This document shows positions 1 to 12,525 of a stretch of 64,000 nucleotides of DNA, one piece after another; within the stretch, counting starts at the first letter, position 1, and each line of letters begins with the position of its first letter. The notes below the pieces were generated by a model. That model was not told the origin of the DNA and searched no databases. It saw nothing but the letters and a program-made list of their open reading frames with translations. The stretch spans positions 1-64,000 of the forward strand of contig MU008178.1 of the NCBI GenBank assembly GCA_010909165.1. Reading direction: 5' to 3'. The position numbers were made by a program, and so were the translations under genes. The stretch is from Anthoceros angustus (lineage: Eukaryota > Plantae > Anthocerotophyta).

Positions 1-210
1 CAACGACCCAATCAAGACTTGCTCTTCTTGTATCTGATGGAGGAAGATGCCAACCACACCAAAAGAAATGTGCGGGAGCGCTTGTTTTCACGCATGCCAT
101 GAAGGATGAGTGTGTACGCCATATTGTCGATCCGCTCAAGCACTGAGCCTTCGTCTCGACCCGCAATGGATTAGAGTGTACAGTCGCGTGAAGAACTTTG
201 ACGTAAAGTC

Positions 211-835
211 GCGGCCTCGCCTGGGCCTCGACGCCCACCGGTTTTTTTTTCGGGTAGTGTAAATTTTAGAGAGAGAAAATTGACCTTTTGGTCATTATTT
301 TACCCAGAGTAAAATTCATTACAAGATAGTAGAAAATCATCTACCATCAAGGTACAAAACAATGAACCATACAAGTGGGTAAAATCATCTACCATCAAGG
401 TAGAAAATAGAGCACTAGAGTAGAAAACATGACCAAGTGAATACCACCGGTCTAGAAGCTCATTCTAGAAATCCCACCAAAATCGCTAATCGACAAAACA
501 TTTTCGTTAAATAATATTCATGCGGATCCGTGATATACAAAACCAACAAAGAAACCTTTTCTTTGCGAGTTTCTGATATCCGTAATGGCATGAAATACAA
601 ATTCAACTAATGAAGAGTAAATACCGATAGATTGAACTCGCTAGATTGAACTCTACTTCAACAACAATGGAACCTACAAACAAAACGAAACAAAGACACA
701 AACCGTGATTAGGCCGATACTAGAAAACACTGGAAATAATCATAGCAAATACTTAGAAATGATACTCACCTTATTTAGGAAATTGAGTATAATTATACTG
801 ATTGAAAACGTAATTTTCGACCACTTGGCTTGATT
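211..835 (-). mobile_element. Truncated second copy of the 3' end of the tyrosine-recombinase element (terminal motif, 3' flank and end of last exon)
   Basis: Aligns by eye with 37833-38405 (e.g. GAAGCTCATTCTAGAAATCCCACCAA, AAATAATATTCATGCGGATCC, GGCATGAAATACAAATT). Starts with the same GCGGCCTCG..TGGGCCTCGA motif and includes a diverged version of the last coding exon end (...FPK*). Confidence 0.8.
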
Positions 836-1132
836 GGCGTACAGGTAGTGGTAGTGCACCCTAGACGTTGGCTGGCGCATGAGAAACCGGCTTACTCCTA
901 AGAAGCTCCCCTGTAGAATATCAGAGCATTCAAGGCGAGATTCACTCTCTCACCTCGAACAACAGATTCTGTCATATTTGCTTGGTGTGCAGCATCTGAG
1001 GAGTGCTCTTCAAGGCAGGCAACAGCTTGAAGTCCAAGCAATTGGTCCGGAAGACATCGACATGGGAATCTCATCCCATTAGGTGTACATAAATACAAGA
1101 TTCAGTTGTAATCTGACGGCTGGAGATTGCTG

Positions 1133-2905
1133 TCACACTTTCTGGGATGTGGGAAATGCCATAGCCACTCCTTGTCCCTCTTTGTTCTTCCATTGGGACG
1201 TAACAGTCTTGAGTTGTGTGTAAAAGTTCACTCCTGCCTTCCCATAGAAGTTGAGGTCCCCTGCGAAGGAAGTTTTCGATCCCGTGAAGGAGGAAAAGGG
1301 CAATGGTACCGGGATGGGCACGTTGATGCCCACCTGCCCCACCTCAATCTCATGCTGAAAGGTTCTGGCGGCCACCCCGAGTTGGTGAAGATGGCAGTGC
1401 CATTGCCGTACCTGTTGGTATTGATAAGCTCGATGGCATCCCTCAAACTGCTTACCTGCAGGCACACCAGAACTGGACCAAAAATCTCCTCCTGGTAGCA
1501 TGCCATGTCAGTTTTCACATCAGCGAGGATGGTAGGACCTATGAAGTTGCCTTTCTCATAGCCATCCACTTGAAGGTTGCGGCCATCCAGAACGAGCCTG
1601 GCACCCTGCTTCTCCCCGCTCTCGATGAGGGACAGGATTCGTTCCTTAGCTTGCTTGCTGATCACCGGTCCAAGGTCTGCACCATCCTCCGTCCCGGCAT
1701 TCACCTTCAGCAACCTGGCCTTCTCCTTCAGCTTCTCTTCCCAGGGCTTGGAATCACCCACGAACACGGCAGTAGAGATGGCCATGCACCTCTGTCCAGC
1801 TGCCCCGAACGCAGCTCCTACAAGGGCATTCACCGTGCTCTCCGGACTAGCATCCGGCATGATGACAGCATGGTTCTTGGCCCCCATGTTGCACTGCACA
1901 CGCTTCCCCTGGCAGATGCCCGCTGGTAGATGTGCATCCCGGCCACATCCGAGCCCACAAAGGAGATGGCCTTGATGTCCGGGTGGTCGCACATGGCATC
2001 CACAACCCCGTGGGTGCCGTGCACAATATTCAGAACCCCAGGTGGCAGCCCGGCCTCCGACACCAGCTCTGCCAGCAGCATCGCAGCCCCTGGGTCCTTC
2101 TCGGAAGGCTTCAGGATAAATGTGTTCCCGCAAGTGACTGCAAAGGGGAACATCCACAGCGGAATCATAGCCGGAAAATTGAAAGGGCAAATCCCTGCAC
2201 ACACTCCCAATGGCTGCCTGATGCTGTACGTGTCTATCCCGCTGGACACGTTCTCCACAAACTCCCCCATCTGAAAATTGGCCATGGCTGCCGCCTGCTC
2301 CACCACTTCCAGCCCTCGGAACACATCCCCTCTAGCATCCGCAAGAGTCTTCCCCTGCTCCAGAGTCACGATCCTGGCCAGCTTCTCCATGTCCCGCCGG
2401 ATCAATTCCTGGAACTTGAGCATCACCCTCTGCCGGGAGGTCACAGGAGTGTCCCTCCACTTAGGGTAAGCCATCTTGGCAGCTACCACGGCCGCATCAA
2501 ACTCCGCAGAAGTGGTGAGGGGAACTTGGGACACGCTCTCCTGAGTAGCAGGATTGACCACATGGATCCACTCATCGGAGCGGGAGTCGATGAATTCCCC
2601 GCCGATGAACAACTTCACCTTGGGAGGAGAAGATGCTGCACTCTCAGGACTCTCTTGAAGGCAGCTCCTCCAGATCAAAATCTAGCAGTCAGTAGAGGAG
2701 GGAGGTGGAAAAGGAGGACACCGACGGAGCAGAAGATGCGAGGTTCCTCCTGCTCCATAAACCTATCTCCTGCCACCATCTCCACCCTTTGCTGCAGAAG
2801 CCTCTGCCGCCTACCACTCTCCAGGAATGAAATCGATTCAGAGCAGATCGGTGACGAGGCTCCTCCCCGGCTCACCACCCGCCACAATTGCCTTGCTACC
2901 GGCAT
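1133..2905 (-). CDS. ALDH6B: Methylmalonate-semialdehyde dehydrogenase (ALDH family 6), copy 1; one N-terminal intron, catalytic region intronless; 1-bp frameshifts near 1370 and 1920
   Basis: ORFs 1830-2678, 1228-2202 and 1133-1501 give [10 protein letters not shown]...[17 protein letters not shown]...[10 protein letters not shown]...NMGAKNH...[11 protein letters not shown]...EEIFGPVL...[19 protein letters not shown]. Putative intron GTTTATGG...CTGACTGCTAG at about 2683-2762. ATG at 2905. Confidence 0.9.
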
Positions 2906-4021
2906 CTTTGCTCACCCCGGCTGCGATTCTTCACACCTCAACTAGAAGACAACGCACGACTAAGAAGTTGAGCACGACTCAGAGTTCAGTACCCTGCTGA
3001 ACGTTTCCTTGTGATTTCGTATGCGGATTTGAGGAAGTGGATTTTCTACTACTGGTCGCATTCCCGGCGATCGTCCTTCCGAACCCGCCCACTAGTTCCT
3101 CTGTCAAGACGGCCTCTGACTTTTGCAAGCGTTTAGACTTTTCGGTGCCTATCTTTCTTGAAATCCCTATGTTGATGACAAACTCCTATATCTCTCACCG
3201 CTTCAGTCGTAAGCTCGATACCGATAAGGTAGGGCGGCTGGATGCCGATCTTCGCCAGTTCCGCGTTTTTTGCGGCCCTCTTGCCCGTGGATTAGAATCG
3301 TGACTTGAATAGTGTTCAGCCTGTTGACTTGCGTTCGTCTTGTTCCAGACAATGCTTGAGGATAGCATATAGCGATCCGGGGTAACGTTCGTCAATCTAT
3401 GCAGCCATGCGGGTCTGGTCAACAAGGCACACAGTAATTTTGTTGCAAACCAGAGAACGAGGGTATGGAAGCAGTCAGGTCAGAGCTGCTGGACAGACGG
3501 GGACGGATTGGTGCATAATGTTTTGGTTGGGGATATGAAGCATCCCAAGAGTTAAGCAACCTATGCCGTAATCCAATGCAGCCAATCCGTGACAATGAAT
3601 TGAAAAATCTGCGGGCCTATGTTGCTATGTCACACTGCCACCATAGTGTACAAGGAAGTGGAGAGGGAATCTCTAATTTGCTGTTTATACAAGCATGATA
3701 CATTTGTACAAGGATGCATGGTCCTGTAGGAGGTAGTGGTAGTGCACCCTAGACGTTGGCTGGCGCATGAGAAACCGGCTTACTCCTAAGAAGCTCCCCT
3801 GTAGAATATCAGAGCATTCAAGGCGAGATTCACTCTCTCACCTCGAACAACAGATTCTACCATATTTGCCTGGCTGTGCAGCATCTGAGGAGTGCTCTTC
3901 AAGGCAGGCAACAGCTTGAAGTCCAAGCAATTGGTCCGGAAGACATCGACATGGGAATCTCATCCCATTAGGTGTACATAAATACAAGATTCAGTTGTAA
4001 TCTGACGGCTGGAGATTGCTG

Positions 4022-5786
4022 TCACACTTTCTGGGATGTGGGAAATGCCATAGCCACTCCTTGTCCCTCTGTACTTCCATTGGGACGTAACAGTCTTTAT
4101 CTGTGTGTAAAAGTTCACTCCTGCCTTCCCATAGAAGTTGAGGTCCCCTGCGAAGGAAGTTTTCGATCCCGTGAAGGAGGAAAAGGGCAATGGTACCGGG
4201 ATGGGCACGTTGATGCCCACCTGCCCCACCTCAATCTCATGCTGAAAGGTTCTGGCGGCTACCCCCGAGTTGGTGAAGATGGCAGTGCCATTGCCGTACC
4301 TGTTGTTATTGATAAGCTCGATGGCATCCTCCAAACTGCTAACCTGTAGGCACACCAGAACTGGACCAAAAATCTCCTCCTGGTAGCATGCCATGTCAGT
4401 TTTCACATCAGCGAGGATGGTAGGACCTATAAAGTTGCCTTTCTCATAGCCATCCACTTGAAGGTTGCGGCCATCCAGAACGAGCTTGGCACCCTGCTTC
4501 TCCCCGCTCTCGATGAGGGACAGGATTCGTTCCTTGGCTTGCTTGCTGATCACCGGCCCAAGGTCTGCACCATCCTCCGTCCCGGCATTCACCTTCAGCA
4601 ACCTGGCCTTCTCCTTCAGCTTCTCTTCCCAGGGCTTGGAATCACCCACGAACACGGCAGTAGAGATGGCCATGCACCTCAGCTGCCCCGAACGCAGCTC
4701 CTACAAGGGCATTACCGTGTCTCCGACTAGCATCCGGCATGATGACGGCATGGTTCTTGGCCCCCATGTTGCACTGCACACGCTTCCCCTTGGCAGATGC
4801 CCGCTGGTAGATGTGCATCCCGGCCACATCCGAGCCCACAAAGGAGATGGCCTTAATGTCGGGTGGTCGCAAATGGCATCCACAACCCCGTGGGTTCCGT
4901 GCACAATATTCAGAACCCCAGGTGGCAGCCCGGCCTCCGACACCAGCTCCGCCAGCAGCATCGCAGCCCCTGGATCCTTCTCGGAAGGCTTCAGGATAAA
5001 TGTGTTCCCGCAAGTGACTGCAAAGGGGAACATCCACAGCGGAATCATAGCCGGAAAATTAAAAGGGCAAATCCCTGCACACACTCCCAATGGCTGCCTG
5101 ATGCTGTACGTGTCTATCCCGCTGGACACGTTCTCCACAAACTCCCCCATCTGAAAATTGGCCATGGCTGCCGCCTGCTCCACCACTTCCAGCCCTCGGA
5201 ACACATCTCCTCTGGCATCCGCAAGAGTCTTCCCCTGCTCCAGAGTCACAATCCTGGCCAGCTTCTCCATGTCCCGCCGGATCAATTCCTGGAACTTCAG
5301 CATCACCCTCTGCCGGGAGGTCACAGGAGCGTCCCTCCACTTCCGGTAAGCCATATTGGCAGCTACCACGGCCGCATCAAACTCCGCAGAAGTGGTGAGG
5401 GGAGCTTGAGACACGCTCTCCTGAGTAGCAGGATTGACCACATGGATCCACTCATCGGAGCGGGAGTCGATGAATTCCCCGCCGATGAACATCTTCACCT
5501 TGGGAGGAGAAGATGCCGCACTCTCAGGACTCTCTTGAAGGGCAGCTCCTCCAGATCAAAATCTAGCAGTCAGTAGAGGAGGGGAGGTGGAAAAGGAGGA
5601 CACCGACGGAGCAGAAGATGCGAGGTTCCTCCTGCTCCATAAACCTATCTCCCTGCCACCATCTCCACCCTTTGCTGCAGAAGCCTCTGCCGCTACCACT
5701 CTCCAGGAATGAAATCGATTCAGAGCAGATCGGTGACGGGCTCCTCCCCAGCTCACCACCCGCCACAATTGCCTTGCTACCGGCAT
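4022..5786 (-). CDS. ALDH6B: ALDH6B copy 2 (tandem duplicate); frameshifts near 4680-4725 and 4860, at different positions from copy 1
   Basis: ORFs 4701-5498, 4642-5037 and 3960-4673 carry the same motifs as copy 1, with a few substitutions. Confidence 0.88.
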
Positions 5787-6479
5787 CTTTGCTCACCCCG
5801 GCTGCGATTCTTCACACCTCAACTAGAAGACAACGCACGACTAAGAAGTTGAGCACGACTCAGAGTTCAGTACCCTGCTGAACGTTTCCTTGTGATTTCG
5901 TATGCGGATTTGAGGAAGTGGATTTTCTACTACTGGTCGCATTCCCGGCGATCGTCCTTCCGAACCCGCCCACTAGTTCCTCTGTCAAGACGGCCTCTGA
6001 GTTTTGGAGCTCAGACCAGGTAGATTGTCTGTCATGTTGATTGCAATTGGCAACGAGTACCTGGCTCGATGTGCCTGATAGTTTGTTCACTAATGTTCTG
6101 GCTGTATTCGCAGCAGGCTGCCGGTTTCCTGTCAGATTGTAAATCTTGGAGGGAATCAAAATCGGAGGCATGTAAGTCAGTCAGGCTGAAAGTGGTGTAG
6201 TTGTCCGAGGGATCTCGAGGAGGAACTTGTTAATGGCTGTGATGCGTCTTATTCATGATGTCTTGGTGCATAGCTAGTAGGTTTTGTTTTGACCGTGGGG
6301 ACCTCGTCTACAAGCTCGCCTTTTTCTTCACAGAGCCAAGATGACTCATGACAAGGCCCTTAGGTGAGTGGCGTGCCTTGGGCGCAGGTGGCGAGGTTTG
6401 TTCTACTCCCTGCCTTGCATCATTCTTGCAGTGCCCTCGATTAAGCTGGCGACTTCTCATGTACAACATTATCGGATAC

Positions 6480-7250
6480 TAGTAGTAGTTGCTGGGCTTA
6501 GCACACTAAGCCTAGCAAGCTTATCAATCCTAACACGCCTATCTAACGTACACACGTGACACGTGAGATCATAACATAGAATGGGAGTAACTCGCACATT
6601 GGCACACACACTCTCCAGGAACAACATGCAAATTCCTCACACATCGCTCTGAAGTCGTAGCTTTGGCCTCCTCACAACACCCTTGCATTGCATATCTGGG
6701 GACAAGCTATGATCCAGGGCTTGTCCTCGCAGAGGGTCTAGCATCGCCCTAGCACACTAAGCCTAGCCACTGTAGCACGGCCTAGCATCGCCTAAGCCTA
6801 AGCCTAGCCTGCGGCCTAGCACAGCCTAACTAAGCCACGGCCTGGCACGCCCAGCACACCAGCTGGCACGGCCCAGACCACTAAGCCAGCGGCCTAGCAT
6901 CGCCAGCACACTAAGCCTGCACTGGCAGCCTGGCACTAAGCCTGCCGCATGCACAGCACGCCCAGCCTGGCCAGCACCTGGCATGCCTGGCACACACTAA
7001 ACTGTGCGGCCAGTATCGCCTAGCGCGACCCTAGCATCGCCCTAGCACACTAAACTGGCGGCCTGGCACATTGCCCAGCGACCTAGCATCGCCTAGCACA
7101 CTAAGCCTAGCGGCCTGGCACAGCATCGCCTAGCGGCTGGCGCACAGCATCGCCTAGCGTCGCCCAGCACGCGGCCTAGCACGCCTAGCACTAAGCCTGC
7201 ACGGCTATCACACTAAGCTGCTTGACTTATAAATCCTAACGCCTATCGCG
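6480..7250. repeat. Degenerate minisatellite of about 10-14-bp units (GCCTAGCACACTAA / GCCTAGCATC)
   Basis: Many imperfect copies of cctagcacactaag and cctagcatcg. Confidence 0.85.
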
Positions 7251-7254
7251 TATA

Positions 7255-7495
7255 CTCCAGATCAAAATCTAGCAGTCAGTAGAGGAGGGAGGTGGAAAAG
7301 GAGGACACCGGAAGGAGCAGAAGATGCGAGGTTCCTCCTGCTCCATAAACCTATCTCCCTGCCACCATCTCCACCCTTTGCTGCAGAAGCCTCTGCCGCT
7401 ACCACTCTCCAGGAATGAAATCGATTCAGAGCAGATCGGTGACGGAGGCTCCTCCCCCGGCTCACCACCCGCCACAATTGCCTTGCTACCGGCAT
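7255..7495 (-). pseudogene. ALDH6B: ALDH6B 5' fragment (exon 1 plus intron only), part of a duplication of about 5535-7250 at 7255-9140
   Basis: [14 protein letters not shown]... exon and intron, truncated at CCAGATCAAAATCTAG. The upstream region is duplicated as well. Confidence 0.8.
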
Positions 7496-8199
7496 CTTTG
7501 CTCACCCCGGCTGCGATTCTTCACACCTCAACTAGAAGACAACGCACGACTAAGAAGTTGAGCACGACTCAGAGTTCAGTACCCTGCTGAACGTTTCCTT
7601 GTGATTCGTATGCGGATTTGAGGAAGTGGATTTTCTACTACTGGTCGCATTCGGCGATCGTCCTTCCGAACCCGCCCACTAGTTCCTCTGTCAAGACGGC
7701 CTCTGAGTTTTGGAGCTCAGACCAGGTAGATTGTCTGTCATGTTGATTGCAATTGGCAACGAGTACCTGGCTCGATGTGCCTGATAGTTTGTTCACTAAT
7801 GTTCTGGCTGTATTCGCAGCAGGCTGCCGGTTTCCTGTCAGATTGTAAATCTTGGAGGGAATCAAAATCGGAGGCATGTAAGTCAGTCAGGCTGAAAGTG
7901 GTGTAGTTGTCCGAGGGATCTCGAGGAGGAACTTGTTAATGGCTGTGATGCGTCTTATTCATGATGTCTTGGTGCATAGCTAGTAGGTTTTGTTTTGACC
8001 GTGGGGACCTCGTCTACAAGCTCGCCTTTTTTCCTTCTGCACAAGAGCCAAGATGACTCAGAATAAAGAAGGCCCCAGGGTGAGTGGCGACTCAGGGGCA
8101 GGTGGCGAGGTTTTGTTCTACTCCCGCCTTGCTGCATCATCATTCTGCGCCCTCGATTAAGTGGCGACTTCTCATGTACACATTATCATTAGTAGTTGC

Positions 8200-9000
8200 T
8201 GCTTAAGACACTAAGCCCAGTGCTTATCAATCCCAACACGCCTATCTAACGACACACACGCGACACACGAGATCATAAACAGAATAACAGGAGGAGTAAC
8301 TCGCACATCGGCACAACACACTCTCCTTATAAGTAAATACATGCAAATTCCTCACACATCGCTCTCGGTCGAAGCTTTGGCCTCCCCACAACACCCTTGC
8401 ATTGCATATCTAGAGGACAAGCGCGATCCGACAGCTCCGCGAGGTCCAGTCGCCTAGCACACTAAGCCTAGCGCTCAGCGGCCTAGCACAACTAAGCCTA
8501 GCACTGCCCAGCAGACGCTTGCATGCAAGCCTAGCACCCGCCCAGCACGCCTAGCACTAAGCCCAGCACCCAAGCATCGCCCAGCACACTAAGCCCAGCA
8601 CGCCCAGCACGCCCAGCACACTGCTTCCCACCCGCCTAGCACCCCAGCACACCAAGCCCAGCACCCCAGCCTAGCACACTAAGCCCAGCCCAGCACTGGC
8701 AGCACACCAAGCCCAGCAGCCTAGCATCGCCCAGCACACCCCAGCATCGCCTAGCACACTAAGCCAGCGCACCAGCACATTGCCCAGCACGACCTAGCAT
8801 CGCCCAGCACACTAAGCCCAGCACGGCCTGGCACGCTAGCATCGCCTGGCACGCCCCTAGCATCGCCAAGCGCCTAGCACGCCAGCACGCCCAGCATCGC
8901 CTAGCACACAAGCCTAGCACGCCTATCACACTAAGCCAAGTTTATAAATCCTAGCACGCCTATCTAACGATACATAGATCATAGTCAGAATAACAGGAGG
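8200..9000. repeat. Second block of the CCTAGCACACTAAG / CCCAGCAC minisatellite
   Basis: Same units as 6480-7250, at the equivalent position in the duplicated segment. Confidence 0.85.
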
Positions 9001-10172
9001 AGTAAGTCGCACATCGAGGCAAACACACCTCCCACGAGATCAACACGCAATTCCTCACACATCGCCTCGAGTCGTAGCTTGGCCTCCTCACAACACCCTT
9101 GCATTGCATATTTAGAGGACAGCTCACATCGGACAAGCTATGATGCTTGTCCTATGAAAGGTTCATATATACTGTACTCCAGATATTCCTAAGATCGACG
9201 CAAAGATATGCCTAAATATCCCAAGAATACACTATAATACGCATGAATATGCTAAAGCATATTACTTGAGCTTATCCACTTAGCTATTGCTAACCATTTT
9301 TAATTAACACTAATCAATTCTTAATTAACATAAGCACTTTAGATTAATTAACATTAATTATTTACTTACTTAAACATAAGTAATTAGATTAATTAATTCT
9401 AATCAAACACTAAACCCAAGTACAGAGATTAGTGTCACAACGGCATGACAAAGGCCATGTATTGGTAACTTGTATCGACACACGCACTTGCGTTATTCGC
9501 ATGGCCTTGTCAAGCATAGAAAAATGCTCACCTGGATTCGATCGCGTGAACATGGGAAACGACTAGCTACTAACCACGATTCAACCGCCAATTTGTTTCA
9601 ATGCTCTTGTCACTGCTTGCAAGCTCGTTGCCTATTGATTGATTAGACCTTGGCTGGTTAAGGCTGCTTAGGGTAAGTTTCTCGCACACAAATCCCTCAT
9701 GAGAAAATAGTCGCACCCTAGAACGGCGGAAACCAATCCATTCGGGCTTTTCTTTTTTGGCAAGGAAAATGGACTGTTGCCTCGAGGATTTCTTTTCACA
9801 ATTTACTTTACTCTTTTTTACAAGTGTAATTATACCAACATTCTACGTGTAAGTCTCTACGTTCTCTTCTACTATACCAACTTCAAAAGAATGTTACAAT
9901 GCAATAGAGGATAACACAATGGAATATACGGACTGAGCTTTAGACTACCTTTCCTTTCAGCTTTTGCACCTTGAAATCTAATTGGAATTTGAAAATAGAC
10001 GGAATCTGATGAAAGAATATGCGGACAAGTTAGTAACTGGTGTGGTAGGTGGACTGATCCTGAGCTGTTGCTGGATACCATACAGTTTTGGTTAGCTTTT
10101 CATTAGTCCTTTGAGTTGCAACCCTAGATTGCTCAGAAGCTACAGTTTGTCAGATTGACATACATCGTGTAG

Positions 10173-10361
10173 GAAGCGAGAGGGGTTCAAATGACAATCC
10201 CAATGCCTGGCCGCAATGTATCGCAGCAAGAGGAAGCTCATGTGAAAGCGCAGTATAGGCAATTGAAACATCTGGTGGACGAACACGACATTGTGTTCCT
10301 GCTAACTGACACAAGAGAGAGTCGATGGTTGCCAACCCTCTTGTGTGCAGAGGGAAACAAG
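10173..10361 (+). pseudogene. ATG7: Isolated ATG7 (autophagy E1-like enzyme) exon with flanking splice sites
   Basis: AG|EARGVQMTIPMPGRNVSQQEEAHVKAQYRQLKHLVDEHDIVFLLTDTRESRWLPTLLCAEGNK|GT matches the ATG7 IPMPG...FLLTDTRESRWLP segment. No other ATG7 exons found. Confidence 0.85.
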
Positions 10362-10551
10362 GTGACTGGCTTGGAGTGGACGTTCGTATATTCTGTGTTT
10401 GTCGTGCAGTATTTGTTATGCTGAGTGGCCACAGAATAATATTGCAAAGGCTTTGGTGCAGATCAGCAGGATGGATCTCCACCTAGATCACGTTTGGGAT
10501 GCTATTTCTGCAACGACGTGATTGCTCCACTGGATGTGGGTATGGTTCGTG

Positions 10552-10686
10552 CCGCAGTTCCTCGGGCTCAACACGCTGGGCATCGTCTTCCCCCGCGGCC
10601 TGCTGCATTGCCAAAAGAACATCGGTGACAACAAGGCCTTCGCCATCGCCGGCTTCAGCAGCCAGAACCCCGGCCTCCAGGTCCTG
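10552..10686 (+). pseudogene. Germin-like protein fragment with internal deletion
   Basis: [11 protein letters not shown] is fused directly to [34 protein letters not shown]. These are the cupin/germin motifs GLNTLGIS and VFPxGLxHFQ...SQNPG with the intervening PHTHPR box missing. Confidence 0.75.
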
Positions 10687-11144
10687 GTGACATCCTGTTC
10701 AGCGATTCTTCCCACCCCAGTTCTGCCGATATCTTGGAGCAGGCGCAGGGCATCGACGGCAACATCTTGGACAAGAAGTCTATTATAGTCCCATTTGGAT
10801 GGAATTTCCGTATATGGGACTTGGTATTTCACAACTTGTACCTATGATGTGCCTAAGCTACTAGCACCAAGAGCATCCAGTCCCTCTAGGCACATCGAAG
10901 CGCAGATGCACGTTGTTATAAATTTGTGCCTGTTTGCCCTAAGCCGTTTGGGCAAGCTCCTGGCTTTTGCCCAAGGGATGACTGTCACTCCAAAGCCCAC
11001 TGTGTATACAGCACAACACTGTTCTCGTCCATACTGCACAACACACAATGAAAGTGCAGGGACCGTTTATCATACAGCATACCTTTTACATGTATGTATG
11101 TAACCCTCCATCCAACCCGGTGTACAACAAAGCAAAAAACTGAC

Positions 11145-11200
11145 TCCAGACAGGGGTTGCAGTGGGGGGAGCATCCCCACGCTGCATCCCCTGTCTGGGA
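11145..11200. other. GC-rich near-perfect hairpin
   Basis: TCCAGACAGGGGTTGCAGTGGGGG ... CCCCACGCTGCATCCCCTGTCTGGGA. Confidence 0.8.
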
Positions 11201-11848
11201 TTCACAATAAAAAGTAGGGAAGTATAATACTCACAGGCTTTTCAGTTTCACGTTTTGAAACTTTCGTTTACATCCAGGTGTATTAACTAGAAGCAAAGAG
11301 AGTATCTCATCCTTCCTTAAATTAGAACCTGGAAAACAGCTGTTAGTGAGAAAATGCCTAATAGTGTTGGGCAGTCAGCTATGTTGGAAACCATTGGCCA
11401 CAAAAGCATCAATGAGAATTTGGATCTCTTGTATGGCTTTCCGAGCATCAGAGTTGATGTAAAGCAAAGGGAACACGTGCGACAAGATGACTTCGTAAGC
11501 TTGTCCAACAGCCCGATTGGACATGAAGTGAATGAATTGGGCAAAGCAGAAAGGAGCTGATGAATACAGGCATCCCCCAAGCTTTTTTGGGCCCTAACGT
11601 GGAGAGAAGGGATGGCTTCCCTGTTTGGATTCACCCATTGAATGTGGTTACTACACAGTCTGAGGTTCAGGATTTCAGCACAGACTCTGAAGGTTATCTC
11701 CTTGGAAAGAGAGCTCATTTCTATCATTCCAGTTTGAAATTTCCAACCATGCTACCGGAGAATTCTCATATAGAAAATATGACAAAAGATCCCTATGAGA
11801 CACTCAAAATACTTGATGGAAAACATGCCTGGAAATTGCCCGAGTACC

Positions 11849-11932
11849 AGCTATTCGAGCCCGGAGTTTCCTTCGAGCCTTCTGAACAGCGACATTGTAC
11901 TCGCTGCTCACGGTGGGGTAAACCTTTCCCAT
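11849..11932 (-). pseudogene. APX: Cytosolic ascorbate peroxidase N-terminal fragment, with a probable 5'-UTR intron upstream
   Basis: MGKVYPTVSSEYNVAVQKARRKLRARIA resembles the cAPX N-terminus (YPTVSE.Y..AVEK.RRKLRGLIA). Similarity stops before the LRLAWHSAG motif. Confidence 0.75.
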
Positions 11933-12525
11933 GGATGCCTCTACGGAGGCAGCAAAAGGTCCGATTTGGAGCTTGTCAAGAAACTCTCTCGCAATTTTTA
12001 CAGTCTGCTGTGTAACAAGGTGAGTGGCGACAAGACGAACTAACGCACGAGTCAATTAACGCGCTAGATACCGAGACGGTGGAGAGTTTGCACGCAGCCT
12101 GATAGCAGGAGGATTCCTGAGAGGCAATTCCGGAAATCCAAGATCCGACTCTCGTCACGCTCTGCGAAAATCTTGCCAGCAACAACGGAGCGCTTCAGAT
12201 CCCGCAGCAAGAAGACGAGGTTCCTTCGGAGCGGCATCCGCACTAGCAATTGGACAGAATCTACATTGACAGGAAAAGAAAAGCACAATGGAAAGCGCCC
12301 CACACCGCGACTGAGGCAGAGACTCCAGCGACTGATGTGGCGGGTGCGGGAGCAGGACAGGCTGCCGTTCTTGCGTCTTCCTCGTGCCTTGATTGCGCAC
12401 GGAGAGTGACGGAGTTTGAACTGAACTATAGGAGATTCTTATCCACCCGAGCGCACAGAATTGCGATATTTTATTATTCGATAGTTTCCTCCTTGCGGGA
12501 AGCGGAGAGACGGCAGCGGAAGGCG

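Larger units (their letters stand above)
845..5995. repeat. Tandem duplication: 845-3118 repeated at 3731-5995
   Basis: Both units begin AGGTAGTGGTAGTGCACCCTAGACG and diverge after GTCAAGACGGCCTCTGA. Confidence 0.9.

Noticed and set aside
1570-5576. Long plus-strand ORFs opposite ALDH6B
   Set aside because: Antisense shadows of a GC-rich coding sequence.
1133-5786. Intronless ALDH6 as bacterial HGT or contamination
   Set aside because: It has a eukaryotic N-terminal extension with a spliceosomal intron and plant-type sequence, and is embedded among plant genes and TEs.
9445-9512. 13-14-bp inverted repeat (TGACAAAGGCCATG / CATGGCCTTGTCA) as a miRNA or MITE
   Set aside because: The stem is short, the interior is unpaired, and there is no TSD or second copy.
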